A DNA stretch of 63,969 bases, filler included, from an uncultured Methanosarcinales archaeon (GTDB lineage: Archaea > Nanobdellota > Nanobdellia > Woesearchaeales > GW2011-AR9), in the NCBI GenBank assembly GCA_964434885.1. It is 5 parts of 5 records of this genome, joined end to end, with 100 filler letters (N's around TTAATTAATTAA, not from the genome) between each part and the next. Parts side by side here need not be neighbours in the genome. Positions count along the whole stretch, not along the records: positions 43,406 to 57,514 come from CAYSWQ010000022.1; positions 57,615 to 63,969 come from CAYSWQ010000053.1; 3 more parts are not named here. One strand, given 5' to 3'. Shown piece by piece: positions 48,656-59,123 of the stretch. Every line of letters begins with the position of its first letter. The first letter of the stretch is position 1. The notes under the pieces were generated by a model. That model was not told the DNA's origin, did no database searches, and saw nothing but the letters and a program-made list of their open reading frames with translations. The position numbers were made by a program, and so were the translations under genes.

Positions 48656-50832
48656 AAAAAACAAATATCAAAATAACCGGAATGCATTGTCAAAGTTGTG
48701 TTACTATTTTGAATAGGGCTTTGAACAAAGAAAAAGGAATTAAATCTGCCCATGTAAATTTTTCCACTGAAAAAGCTGCGGTTGAATTTAATCCTAAATT
48801 AACCAACGAAAATAATATCTTAAAAGCTATCAAAAACAAAGGTTATTCTGGCCAGATTGTCTTAAAAACAGATATCAAAAAAGAAGAATTAGCCAAAAAA
48901 CAAGAGTTAAAAACATTAAAGTTTAAAGTTTTTCTCAGTGCAATTTTTGCCATCCCTACTTTTATTTTAGGAATGTTCTTTATGAGCAATCCAATCCCTT
49001 ACCAAAATTATATCATGTGGATCTTAGCAACTCCAATTCAATTTTACATTGGTTCTCAATTCTACATTGGTTCTTGGGCTGCCCTAAAAAATCGTTCCGC
49101 TAATATGGATAGTTTAATTGCATTAGGTACAAGTGCTGCTTACTTTTATTCTGTCTATGTTGTATTATCTGGAACTGGCCACCAATATTTTGAAGCATCT
49201 GCTGTCTTAATCACTTTAGTAATCTTCGGAAAGTACTTAGAAGCTATTGCCAAAGGAAAAACTTCAGAAGCAATTTCTAAATTGATGAAAATTGGAGCCA
49301 AAACTGCCATCATCATCAAAAGAGGAAAAGAAATTAAAATTCCTATTGATGATGTAAAAAAAGGATATGTTGTTTTAGTTAATCCAGGGGAAAAAATACC
49401 TGTAGATGGAATTATCGCCCAAGGACATTCTGCCATAAATGAAAGCATGGTTACTGGAGAAAGTATTCCTGTAGAAAAGAAAAAAGGAGATCAAGTAATT
49501 GGATCTACTATCAATAAAACTGGAAGTTTTCAATTCAAAGCCACCAAAGTAGGTGCTGAAACAACTTTATCTAGAATTATCAAATTAATTGAAGAAGCTC
49601 AAACCAAAAAAGCACCTATTCAAAGATTTGCTGATGCAGTTTCTGCTTACTTTGTTCCAATTGTCATCTTTATTGCATTATTAACATTTACAATTTGGTT
49701 CTCTTTTGTCCATGCTGAAGTGGGCTTTGCAGTTATTGCTGCCGTAGCAGTATTAGTTATCGCTTGCCCTTGCGCTTTAGGATTAGCCACCCCTACCGCT
49801 ATCATGGTTGGAACTGGCAAAGGGGCTAAGCAAGGAATCTTGATTAAAGGCGGAGATGCTTTAGAAACAGCCCACCAAATAAAATATTTGGTTTTTGATA
49901 AAACTGGAACCATTACCAAAGGAAAACCAGAAGTTACAAATTTAATTCTTAGCAAAGGTATTACTCAGAAGAAACTATTAGAAATTGCTGGCAGTATTGA
50001 AAAAAGTTCAGAACACCCTTTAGCAGAAGCAATTGTAGAAAAAGCCAAACAGAAAAAAATTAGTTTCAAAAAAGTTACTGGATTTAAAGCACTAACTGGA
50101 AGAGGAGTTAAAGGTAAAATTGCTCGTCAAGAATATTTCTTGGGTAATTTAAGATTAATGAAAGAGAAAAAAGTGAATTTAAATCAATTTCAGAAAAAAA
50201 TAATTGATTTGGAAAAAGAAGGTAAAACTGCCATGATTTTAGCCAATAGTAAAAATGTTTTAGGAGTAATTGCAGTTGCTGATGAAATCAAATCAGATTC
50301 AGCCAGAGCAGTAAGAGCATTGCATAAACTAGGTCTTAAAGTATTTATGATTACAGGAGATAATGAAAGAACTGCTAAAGCTATCGCCAAAAAAGCAGGT
50401 ATCAAAAACTATTTCGCTGAAGTTTTACCGGAAGACAAATCTAAACATGTTAAAAAATTACAACGCCAAGGGAAAGTAGGAATGGTTGGAGATGGTATCA
50501 ATGATGCTCCTGCTTTAGCGCAAGCTGATATTGGAATTGCTATGGGTTCTGGCACAGATGTTGCCATGGAAACCGGCCAGATCGTGTTAATGAAAGATTC
50601 ATTATTAGACATTCCTAAAGCAATTAATCTAAGTAAATTAACTATGGCTAAAATCCGACAGAACATGTTCTGGGCTTTATTTTACAATTCTCTCGGAATC
50701 CCAATCGCTGCTGGTATTTTATATCCTTGGACTGGTTGGTTATTAAATCCAATGATTGCTGGCGGAGCAATGGCATTGAGTTCTGTATCTGTGATTACGA
50801 ATAGTTTATTGTTGAAAAGGAAGAAGTTGTAA
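48652..50832 (+). CDS. copA: Cu(I)-exporting P1B ATPase
   Basis: [38 protein letters not shown]. Confidence 0.95.
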   Translation: MKKTNIKITGMHCQSCVTILNRALNKEKGIKSAHVNFSTEKAAVEFNPKLTNENNILKAIKNKGYSGQIVLKTDIKKEELAKKQELKTLKFKVFLSAIFAIPTFILGMFFMSNPIPYQNYIMWILATPIQFYIGSQFYIGSWAALKNRSANMDSLIALGTSAAYFYSVYVVLSGTGHQYFEASAVLITLVIFGKYLEAIAKGKTSEAISKLMKIGAKTAIIIKRGKEIKIPIDDVKKGYVVLVNPGEKIPVDGIIAQGHSAINESMVTGESIPVEKKKGDQVIGSTINKTGSFQFKATKVGAETTLSRIIKLIEEAQTKKAPIQRFADAVSAYFVPIVIFIALLTFTIWFSFVHAEVGFAVIAAVAVLVIACPCALGLATPTAIMVGTGKGAKQGILIKGGDALETAHQIKYLVFDKTGTITKGKPEVTNLILSKGITQKKLLEIAGSIEKSSEHPLAEAIVEKAKQKKISFKKVTGFKALTGRGVKGKIARQEYFLGNLRLMKEKKVNLNQFQKKIIDLEKEGKTAMILANSKNVLGVIAVADEIKSDSARAVRALHKLGLKVFMITGDNERTAKAIAKKAGIKNYFAEVLPEDKSKHVKKLQRQGKVGMVGDGINDAPALAQADIGIAMGSGTDVAMETGQIVLMKDSLLDIPKAINLSKLTMAKIRQNMFWALFYNSLGIPIAAGILYPWTGWLLNPMIAGGAMALSSVSVITNSLLLKRKKL

Positions 50833-50842
50833 TAAAATAAAA

Positions 50843-51448
50843 ATGACAAATTCCTACGATTTACTTTGTAGTTGGTTGTTAAAAAGTCTAAGAAATAAAG
50901 TTGCCAATATTGCTGATATCAACGAACAAAATTCCATCATTGAAATCGCTTCCGGAACTGGAGAACAAGCATTGTTATTTGCTCAAAAAGGGGCCCAAGT
51001 TATTGGAACAGATATTTCTGAAAAAATGTTAGAAATTACTAAACAAAAAAATAAATATCAAAATTTGGATTTTATGTATGCTGATGCCACAAACTTACCT
51101 TTTCCAGAAAATCAATTCGACATTTCCACTACAACATTATGTTTACACTCTTTGGATTCTGTAACTCAAGACCAAATAATTACAGAAATGATAAGAGTTA
51201 CAAAAACAGATGGAACCATTATTTTAGCAGATTATGTTCTTCCAGTAAAAAAAACTTTTAGTAGCACCATATGGAAATTAGCCAGTCAAGTAATTGAAAG
51301 ATTTGTTGGTGGCGAACATTATCAGAATTTCAACAAATTCATCCAAGTTGGAGGTCTTCAAACATTAGTTAAAAAACATAACTTTCTGATTGAAGAAAAA
51401 GCATTAGATTATGGTCAAAACATAGGAGTTTACAAGTTAATCAATTAG
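50843..51448 (+). CDS. Class I SAM methyltransferase, UbiE-like
   Basis: IEIASGTG, DISEKM, DATNLPF. Confidence 0.85.
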   Translation: MTNSYDLLCSWLLKSLRNKVANIADINEQNSIIEIASGTGEQALLFAQKGAQVIGTDISEKMLEITKQKNKYQNLDFMYADATNLPFPENQFDISTTTLCLHSLDSVTQDQIITEMIRVTKTDGTIILADYVLPVKKTFSSTIWKLASQVIERFVGGEHYQNFNKFIQVGGLQTLVKKHNFLIEEKALDYGQNIGVYKLIN

Positions 51449-51476
51449 AAGAACCCCAAAACACCTCTTTATTCTT

Positions 51477-52550
51477 TTAAACTTTACTAAAACTTCGACT
51501 TATTACTTTGTCTCCCACCATCACTCTTTTTTCATTTCCCCTAATTTTTAATCCATTTTTTTGCATCAATCTAAAAAAAACATCAATATCATCGGATCTT
51601 AATTTCCAAATTAATTCTCTCGCATAATCATCTGGTATCCATTCACCTAACAACAAGGCACGATACTCACTCAATTTAGCATCGTAATATATTACCAATC
51701 TACTTCCCGGCATTGAACCACCAAATATTTCTAATTCAAAAACTAATACATAAGGTTTCATTTCTCCTTCTGGCAAAGGATATTTTACACTTTGAGTCGG
51801 ATTGTATTTAACCCTAATGTCTGTACCTTTTTGTGATTCCAAAATCGTTTTAACTTCAGCAATATAAATATCTTTACGATCTTTTAAATCTTTATTAGCT
51901 AAATGTTGTCTAATAATTCCAATATCTTTAACAGCTAACCTTCGCTCAAAATACATTCTTTGTTTAATAGTGTTGAAAATAGATCTAACACCAGGTATTT
52001 CTACAATAATTTTTTTTATTCTTTCATTTAATTCTTTTTGGATTTCTTCATTTCTGATATTCTCTTTTGTATCATTTTTCACAATATAATCTAGTGGTTT
52101 CCAAATAAAATTAATTATATTATAATTTGGAATATCTCCAGTCCATTGTCCCCAAATAATTTTTTTACTATGTTTTTGAAAATATTCAAAAGTTTCTTTA
52201 GTTAATGGGTGTGTTCCAAGCAAATTCTCCAAAATCCTAGCACAATGATTAACATCTTCCATAAATTTCTCTGGAAAATCATCTCCTAAAGTGTCTAATT
52301 CTTCAGCCAACAATTGCAACAAAATAGAAATATTATTTTCAAAATGTTTTTTCCATTGAATAAAACAAGCCAACAAAACTTTTCTCTTCATACTGAATAT
52401 ATGTGCTTTATAAAATTTTTTATACTCAGTAATATCTTCTTCGATAACATTAATATCATCTAAAATATGATCAACAGCAAGCAATGTATTAAGAAAAAAT
52501 CTCTTTTCTATCTTTAATTCTTTTTTTGCTTTTTTAGATACTGAAGACAT
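51477..52550 (-). CDS. Hypothetical protein
   Basis: 357-aa ORF with upstream TTTATATA box. Confidence 0.65.
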   Translation of the reverse strand: MSSVSKKAKKELKIEKRFFLNTLLAVDHILDDINVIEEDITEYKKFYKAHIFSMKRKVLLACFIQWKKHFENNISILLQLLAEELDTLGDDFPEKFMEDVNHCARILENLLGTHPLTKETFEYFQKHSKKIIWGQWTGDIPNYNIINFIWKPLDYIVKNDTKENIRNEEIQKELNERIKKIIVEIPGVRSIFNTIKQRMYFERRLAVKDIGIIRQHLANKDLKDRKDIYIAEVKTILESQKGTDIRVKYNPTQSVKYPLPEGEMKPYVLVFELEIFGGSMPGSRLVIYYDAKLSEYRALLLGEWIPDDYARELIWKLRSDDIDVFFRLMQKNGLKIRGNEKRVMVGDKVISRSFSKV

Positions 52551-52655
52551 TTTTAAAAGTATTATTTTTTATTATATAAATGTTTTCTTAATTATTTTTT
52601 TAATAAATAATATGACCCCAAAATATATAAAGAAAACCTCTACTTTTAAAGTATA

Positions 52656-53825
52656 ATGAAACTAGTAATACATTATAGTGAAATTGGTACTAAAGGAAAA
52701 AATCGTAATTTCTTTGAACAGAAGTTAATGCAAAATTTAAGAAAAGCATTGGATAGTGAAAGCAATAAAGTTCATCGTAGATATGGTAGAATAATTGTAG
52801 ATTTAAAAAAAAATCACAAAAAAGAAAAAATAATTGAAATCTTAGAAATATTACCTGGAATTTCCAGTTTTTCTTTTGCCGAACAAGCAGATTTAGATTT
52901 TGAAAATATCAAAAAAACTGCTTTAGAAGTACTAAAAACAGAACTTTCAAAAAATAAAAACGAAAAAAAATTCTTAACTTTCAAAGTTGAAACAAAAAGA
53001 TCAAATAAACAATTTCCTTTAAAATCTCCAGAAATCAACAAAGAAGTGGGAAAGTTCTTGGAAAAAGAATTAGAAATAATTGCTGAATACAAAAACCCAA
53101 ACATCACAGTTCAATTAGAAATTGGAGAAAAAGAAACATTCATTTATTCAAAAAAACATCAAGGGGTTGGCGGCTTGCCAATTGGCACTGCCGGCAAAGT
53201 AATCTCTTCAATTTCTGGAGGAATCGACAGCCCAGTAGCTTCTTTTCTAGCCATGAAAAGAGGATGCGAAGTTATTTTTTTCCATGCTTACAACAAAACC
53301 CAATCCACCACAGGAGTTCTAAGTAAAATTGAAGACCTAGTAAATCAATTAGCTAAAATTCAATTAAAAGCAAAATTGTACATAGTCCCTTTTGAAAAAA
53401 TCCAAAAAGAAATTATTTTAAAAGTTCCAGCTAGATTAAGAATGATTATTTATCGTAGGTTCATGATGCAAATAATTAACAAATTAGCTAAGAAAGAAAA
53501 AGCCAAAGCCATCATTACCGGAGATAGTGTTGGTCAAGTTGCTTCTCAAACATTGGACAACATCAACTGCATTTACGATGCTGCAAACATTCCAGTTTTA
53601 GCTCCTTTAATCGCTTATAATAAAGAAGAAATTACTTCCCTAGCTAAAAAAATAGGAACTTATCCAATTTCAATTCAACCTTATCCAGATTGTTGTTCTT
53701 ATAATATTGCCCAACATCCAGAAACTAGAGGAAAATTAAAAGAAATCAAAGAAGTTGAAAGTTTAATTGAAAATAAAGAAGAATTAATTGAAGAAGCAAT
53801 AAAAAAATCAAAAATGTCCAGCTAA
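52656..53825 (+). CDS. thiI: tRNA 4-thiouridine synthase (THUMP + PP-loop)
   Basis: YSEIGTKGKNR, GGLPIGT, SGGIDSPVA, GQVASQT, DCC. Confidence 0.93.
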   Translation: MKLVIHYSEIGTKGKNRNFFEQKLMQNLRKALDSESNKVHRRYGRIIVDLKKNHKKEKIIEILEILPGISSFSFAEQADLDFENIKKTALEVLKTELSKNKNEKKFLTFKVETKRSNKQFPLKSPEINKEVGKFLEKELEIIAEYKNPNITVQLEIGEKETFIYSKKHQGVGGLPIGTAGKVISSISGGIDSPVASFLAMKRGCEVIFFHAYNKTQSTTGVLSKIEDLVNQLAKIQLKAKLYIVPFEKIQKEIILKVPARLRMIIYRRFMMQIINKLAKKEKAKAIITGDSVGQVASQTLDNINCIYDAANIPVLAPLIAYNKEEITSLAKKIGTYPISIQPYPDCCSYNIAQHPETRGKLKEIKEVESLIENKEELIEEAIKKSKMSS

Positions 53826-54035
53826 ACCTGTATCGCTTGCTAATCTAATTGCATATAAATTTTTTGCTGTTTCTAATCCTCTTCTTGTCACTTCTCCTTT
53901 TTTCAAATCATCAAAAGCTAATTCCATTGCTGAACCATGCAATATATCTATTACTCCAGTCATTCCTTCTTCACGATTCTTATGTCTAGCAATATAATCA
54001 GTAATTCTTGCCACTTTATTATCATATAATTCCAT
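53808..54035 (-). CDS. Hypothetical protein
   Basis: GGAGGT RBS; 75 aa. Confidence 0.6.
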   Translation of the reverse strand: MELYDNKVARITDYIARHKNREEGMTGVIDILHGSAMELAFDDLKKGEVTRRGLETAKNLYAIRLASDTGLAGHF

Positions 54036-54181
54036 TTTAAATACCTCCTAATATAACTTAAAATACAAAAATACTTTATAAACTTTTCGGTTTATTTATC
54101 ACTTAATAGGAATAACAAGAACAAAACATAAATTATTTAAATCAAACCCCAATTAAAACAACTTATTTATGGAGGAATAAA

Positions 54182-54379
54182 ATGGAAATTACCAAAGAAA
54201 CCACTTTAGAAGAATTAATGAAAACCAAAGGGATGGAAGAAGTCCTTACTAAACACGGAGTACCTTGTGTTACTTGTCCAATGGCACAAATGGAAATGCA
54301 ATTCTTAAAAATTGGAGATGTTTGCGAAAAATATGGAATTGATATAGATAAGTTATTAACTGAATTAAATAAAAAATAA
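54182..54379 (+). CDS. DUF1858-like small protein
   Basis: ITKETT...HGVPCVTCP...YGIDID.L..ELN; GGAGG RBS. Confidence 0.8.
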   Translation: MEITKETTLEELMKTKGMEEVLTKHGVPCVTCPMAQMEMQFLKIGDVCEKYGIDIDKLLTELNKK

Positions 54380-54640
54380 TTATCTTAAATAATATAATTT
54401 ATTATCTAAAACTAAATCAGCCAATATTGCTTGGTGATTTTTTGTTTTAGGTTTATCTGGTTGTTGGTAGATAATCTTTTGATCTTCTCCCTCGTATCGA
54501 GTAGTTGTTTCTGTTCCTTGATACTCCACAGTAACTGTATAAGGTGTAAAATTTTTTGTTGATATTGTACCGAAGCAACCACCAGTTGCCAAAGTTAAAG
54601 CCACCAATCCACCAAAAAGTTTCATTCGTTTAGGTATCAT
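54380..54640 (-). CDS. Small putative lipoprotein
   Basis: GGAGG RBS; LATGGC. Confidence 0.55.
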   Translation of the reverse strand: MIPKRMKLFGGLVALTLATGGCFGTISTKNFTPYTVTVEYQGTETTTRYEGEDQKIIYQQPDKPKTKNHQAILADLVLDNKLYYLR

Positions 54641-54753
54641 TTTTATCCTCCAGTGATTTTTTTCAATCACAATATTAAAAATATTAAGCAATACATAATA
54701 GCAACTACAAAAATAGTAGTGTTTTTCTTAAAAAAATAACAAAAATATAGAAA

Positions 54754-55230
54754 TTAACCAAAAATACTCCTAACTACAACTCCAATCGCATGAGAAGCAA
54801 TAACTACTGCAATAGTTAGCAACACATGTTCACCAACAACTTTCCAGCAATCTATTCCTTTTTTCTTTGAAATATAATAACTAAATATTCCTATCAACAA
54901 TAATCCCCAAACCACACTTACCAATATTGCTTTTGTCAAATCAAAAACCAATACAGGAATAACAAAAGTCAAAGCAAAAATCAATTTTGTTAGAAATGTT
55001 GCCAATGTCGATTCCCAAATTTCTTTACTTGAATTTCCAGAATCTGATTCTTCAGAAACATGAATTCCCAAGGCATCTGCTAAAGCATCGGCCAGAGCAA
55101 TAACCATTACTCCACCAACTACTGCTAATTTTGATTGAGTACTAGAATTCAAACCAACCATTAAACCCAAAGTAGCTATTACTCCAGATGTTAAACCAAA
55201 GCTAAAACCTACTTTAAATGAATGTTTCAT
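54754..55230 (-). CDS. VIT1/CCC1-family membrane protein
   Basis: FGLTSG...ADALADALGIHVSEES. Confidence 0.8.
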   Translation of the reverse strand: MKHSFKVGFSFGLTSGVIATLGLMVGLNSSTQSKLAVVGGVMVIALADALADALGIHVSEESDSGNSSKEIWESTLATFLTKLIFALTFVIPVLVFDLTKAILVSVVWGLLLIGIFSYYISKKKGIDCWKVVGEHVLLTIAVVIASHAIGVVVRSIFG

Positions 55231-55282
55231 ATTCCCAATAAAAACAATAAAGTATATAAATAATTTGTTTATTATCTGCTTA

Positions 55283-55705
55283 ATGAGAAAAAATATATTA
55301 TTTAGTTTGTTAATTATTACATTATTTATTGTTGGGTGCACCAATAGCACTCCTTCATCCGGATACAAATTAGATAAAGGTAGGTTAGTTCTAGATAAAG
55401 AAGGAACTATTCCTGACAACCAATGTACACAAAGAAATTTAAACAACCAAATTATTGTTTTAGAATCAAAATATTGTGGTGCTTGTAGAGAAGCCCTTCA
55501 AAAAATTAAAGAAGTAGCTAAAGAATTAAACGTTCAAGTAACATATTTAGATTTAGCTGAGAAAACAGATCTTGATAAAGCAAATCAATTAGGAGTGATG
55601 CCTTATTATACTCCAACCATGGTAGCAGGTTGTAAAGTTTATGTTGGTGGGAAAACTAAAACTGAATATACTAAAATATTTAAAGAATTTTCAAACAAAA
55701 AATAA
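55283..55705 (+). CDS. Thioredoxin-like lipoprotein
   Basis: IVGC lipobox; YCGAC; YTPT. Confidence 0.75.
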   Translation: MRKNILFSLLIITLFIVGCTNSTPSSGYKLDKGRLVLDKEGTIPDNQCTQRNLNNQIIVLESKYCGACREALQKIKEVAKELNVQVTYLDLAEKTDLDKANQLGVMPYYTPTMVAGCKVYVGGKTKTEYTKIFKEFSNKK

Positions 55706-55716
55706 AAGAGGTTTAG

Positions 55717-56547
55717 ATGAACGATAATAAAAAGAAATTTATCACTATTGGAATAATTTTAATTGCTCTGATTGCTTTTTTCTTCTTAGCAAAGTATATT
55801 TCTTCAGATTGGTTAAAAAATCTAGGGCTAGCTCTCCCCCTACCAGCATTTACTTTTCTAATTGCTTTAGTAGATGGATTTAATCCATGTAATCTATTCA
55901 TCTTAACTCTACTCCTAACTCTTTTAGTCTCTGCATCTCATTCCAGAAAAAGAATTTATCTAATTGGCTACACTTTTGTTTTAGTAGTTTTCATTATTTA
56001 CTTTTTATTCATGGCTGCTTGGTTAAACATCTTCAAATATATTGGTTTTATTGATCCCTTAAGATATGCGATTGCTGCCATGGCCATTATTGCTGGAGCA
56101 ATTAATGCTAAAGAATACTTTTGGTTTAGAAAAGGAATCACTCTAATGATTCAAGAACAACATAAAAGACCTTTACGAATGAAGATTGAAGCTCTAAAAG
56201 ATAAAATCAAATATGGTTCTTTACCTGCTTTGATTTCTTCATCTGTTATTTTAGCTGCATTTAGTTCTTTGATTGAATTACCATGTACTGCTGGTTTCCC
56301 AATTATTTATGCCGGCATCTTAGCAGGCCATTATACCAAATATAGTCTAGGGAGTTATCTCTACTTACTCCTCTACAATGCAATCTATGTCTTACCACTA
56401 GTTGTAGTTATTGGAATAGTTGGTTGGACTTTCCACGGCAAACAAATCAGCAAGAAACAAATGTCAGTAATTAAACTCATTGGTGGTTTGATTATGATTG
56501 CTTTGGGTATTGTTTTATTAGTTAATCCTGGAATATTAATGGGGTAA
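55717..56547 (+). CDS. DsbD/CcdA-like membrane thiol-transfer protein
   Basis: DGFNPC and ELPCTAG. Confidence 0.82.
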   Translation: MNDNKKKFITIGIILIALIAFFFLAKYISSDWLKNLGLALPLPAFTFLIALVDGFNPCNLFILTLLLTLLVSASHSRKRIYLIGYTFVLVVFIIYFLFMAAWLNIFKYIGFIDPLRYAIAAMAIIAGAINAKEYFWFRKGITLMIQEQHKRPLRMKIEALKDKIKYGSLPALISSSVILAAFSSLIELPCTAGFPIIYAGILAGHYTKYSLGSYLYLLLYNAIYVLPLVVVIGIVGWTFHGKQISKKQMSVIKLIGGLIMIALGIVLLVNPGILMG

Positions 56548-56561
56548 TCAAACAAAAAAAC

Positions 56562-57513
56562 TCTATTATCCCGAAACTGCTTCCGGTCACGAAACTACTT
56601 CCGCTTTAGCTCATCCCAAACTTCTTTAGGAGTTTTATAATGAAGACTCATATGAAGTCTTTCTTCATTATAATGCTTAATGAAAGCATTAAGCGAAGAA
56701 AATGTTTCTGTAATGAACTCTTCTTTATAAGTCCTAAAGAAGCGTTCTACCTTGCCGTTGGTTTGGGGTCTATTAACCCTAGCTAAGCAATGTTTTATTC
56801 CCAAAATATCTAAAGTGGAGCGAAATTTTGTGTTCTCTTGCTTAGCTTCGGGACGATTAGCATAATATTGTGCTCCATGATCAGTCATGATTGCTTTGGG
56901 TTTGCCGCATTCAGCAATTGCTGAATGCAAAAGAGCCAAACTATTTTTTGCTGTGGCTCTTTTAAATATTCCATAACTAGTAATTAAACGTGTTCTATCG
57001 TCGATATACACACTCAAATTATTATCTGTAAATGGATCGTGTGACCAATCAGTATGCCATAAATCATTTGGATTTGGAAGTTCATATCTAACCCATTTTC
57101 TGGGTCGTTGTTTTCGTGGATTGGCTGTTACCAATCCATTCCTCACAAGAACTTTTTCTATTTGTCTGTGTGAAATAGCAAATCCTTTTCTTTTTAGGAT
57201 TTGCTCAATATGGCATGCACCATATCCAAAACGTTTTCTTAAATCAAGAATGATGATTACCATATTTTGATTAAGAATTGTTTCTGGACGGCCAGTTTTA
57301 TGGTCTTTTAAACCGTCCCAGCCAAATTGATTGTAAATCTGCATTATAGAACGAACTGTTCTGTCGCTAATTTTTTGTGCAAGAGCAATTTTTACTCTTG
57401 GAATTCCCTTAAGAACTTGTTTTACAATCCAAGTTCTTTTCTTAAAATTAAGCTTGTACATTATGACCACCAAAAGTCATAATACTAACCGGAACTAAAA
57501 ACGTGATAGTACA
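56562..57513 (-). mobile_element. IS481-family insertion sequence
   Basis: Imperfect 28-bp terminal inverted repeats TGTACTATCACG...TTCCGGTTA and TCTATTATCCCG...TTCCGGTCA; contig ends 1 nt after the element. Confidence 0.75.
56595..57461 (-). CDS. IS481-family DDE transposase
   Basis: HTH; LWHTD, IDDRTR, TDHG, PQTNGKVERF, YN..RLH. Confidence 0.92.
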   Translation of the reverse strand: MYKLNFKKRTWIVKQVLKGIPRVKIALAQKISDRTVRSIMQIYNQFGWDGLKDHKTGRPETILNQNMVIIILDLRKRFGYGACHIEQILKRKGFAISHRQIEKVLVRNGLVTANPRKQRPRKWVRYELPNPNDLWHTDWSHDPFTDNNLSVYIDDRTRLITSYGIFKRATAKNSLALLHSAIAECGKPKAIMTDHGAQYYANRPEAKQENTKFRSTLDILGIKHCLARVNRPQTNGKVERFFRTYKEEFITETFSSLNAFIKHYNEERLHMSLHYKTPKEVWDELKRK

Positions 57514-57514
57514 A

Positions 57515-57614
57515 NNNNNNNNNNNNNNNNNNNNNNNNNNNNNNNNNNNNNNNNNNNNTTAATTAATTAANNNNNNNNNNNNNNNNNNNNNNNNNNNNNN
57601 NNNNNNNNNNNNNN
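57515..57614. other. Artificial contig spacer
   Basis: N44-TTAATTAATTAA-N44. Confidence 0.98.
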
Positions 57615-59002
57615 TTAAATACAGATTTAATTCTATCTCTAAAACTATTAAAAGATCTACCAACATTTCGTCTAGTGGTGGTAGCTTTTTCTAAAAATGA
57701 TAATAAATATTCTTTTTTATTCTTTTTTTCTTCAGTAACTGGTTTTGCAATTTCAATTGAATTTGTTTCTATCCTACTAATATTATCTATTTTATCTATA
57801 TTATTATCTGTTGGTTGTATCGTATCTACTTTCTGGATAGTGCTCTTATTCATTTCTTCAATTTGTTGATCAATACTATTTGCTCCTGGAGTATCGGGAA
57901 TTTTATGATTGTCTTTAGATGCTTTTGATGTTCTTTCGACTAATTTTCTTATTTCTTCTTTCTCTTGTTCATCATTATTTTTTCTTTCTTTTTCTGGACT
58001 TTTTATTTTTGGTTCTTTAATTTTAAGATTGCCACTTTCTTCTTTTAATTTAGGTAAAGGATTGTTTCCCGAGTCCTCATACCGGATAGTGTTGTCATCT
58101 TCACCAAAACTAATGATTTCTTCATCTGGGGTTAAGTCATCATTAATTATATCTAATTCACCACTTTCTTCTTTTAAATGTGGTAAGGGGTTGTTACCAG
58201 AATCTTCATATTTCATTGTTTTTTCTTCTACATCAAATTCTTCCAGTACTTCAGCATCAAATGTATTTTCAAAAGCAGGTTTGGGTTTTTCTAAAGTGTC
58301 ATGAGGAAGAAGTTCTTTTGGTATAATGAATAAATTAGTGTCATCAAAAGGGGCAGGAAAGTTTGGATTTGTTTTTTCTTCTGGAAAATCAGCTTCTTTT
58401 TCATATTTAAGAGTTTTAACTTCTTGAATTTCTTTACGTTTTCTATGAACTGGACCAATATCTGTGATTACAGATCTACTTTTTATTTTTTTTTCTTTTA
58501 CTGGAGGTTGATTTGCTGGACCAATATCGGTTGTAATATGGGGTTTAATATTTGGGTTTTCTTCAGTAGGGGAAGAATATCCGACTGGTGTATTTTTGCC
58601 ATCGGGATCTGTTGGATCTGCAGAAATTGCTGGTTCTGGTTTTAAAATATGCTCCCAATTTGTAGACGAATTAAAATCTTCTTCATCTAGGTCTGGAAGG
58701 CCACTTATTCTAATTAAATCTTCATATGTATCGGCTACTAATTTGGTTGATTGTGGTTGGATTGGTTCTGTTGTTAGGGGTAAATCAGCTATTATTGTTT
58801 GTGGTTCTAAATGATGGTCTTGAATTCCTGGTTGAGTTGTTTCTTCTTCTGGAAATTTTAAATTATTATTGGAGTCTTTTATTTTTCTGGATACTCCCAT
58901 TTTTTTATAAGCTGCTTTGATTATTTTTTCTTTTATTTCTGGATTTGGATGGGGCGTATTTTCCAACCTATTTAAATAAGCTAATTTTTCTTCCAAGGTC
59001 AT
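57615..59002 (-). CDS. Large disordered acidic/Pro-rich protein with internal repeats (3' truncated)
   Basis: YEDSGNNPLPxLKEESG twice, TDIGP twice, FPEExTxP twice. Confidence 0.7.
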
Positions 59003-59123
59003 TTTTCTATTTCTTTTCACACAGATCACCTAAGAATAATTCAAGTTGATATTAAATTGAGGATTTACTTACTTTTGATGATTAAAATATATAAAATTTG
59101 TGGTTGAAAAGAACTCTTTTTGC

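Noticed and set aside
14585..57614. TTAATTAATTAA recurring about every 14 kb
   Set aside because: Artificial all-frame stop linker inside N spacers; periodicity reflects size-sorted contigs (14343, 14178, 14109 nt)
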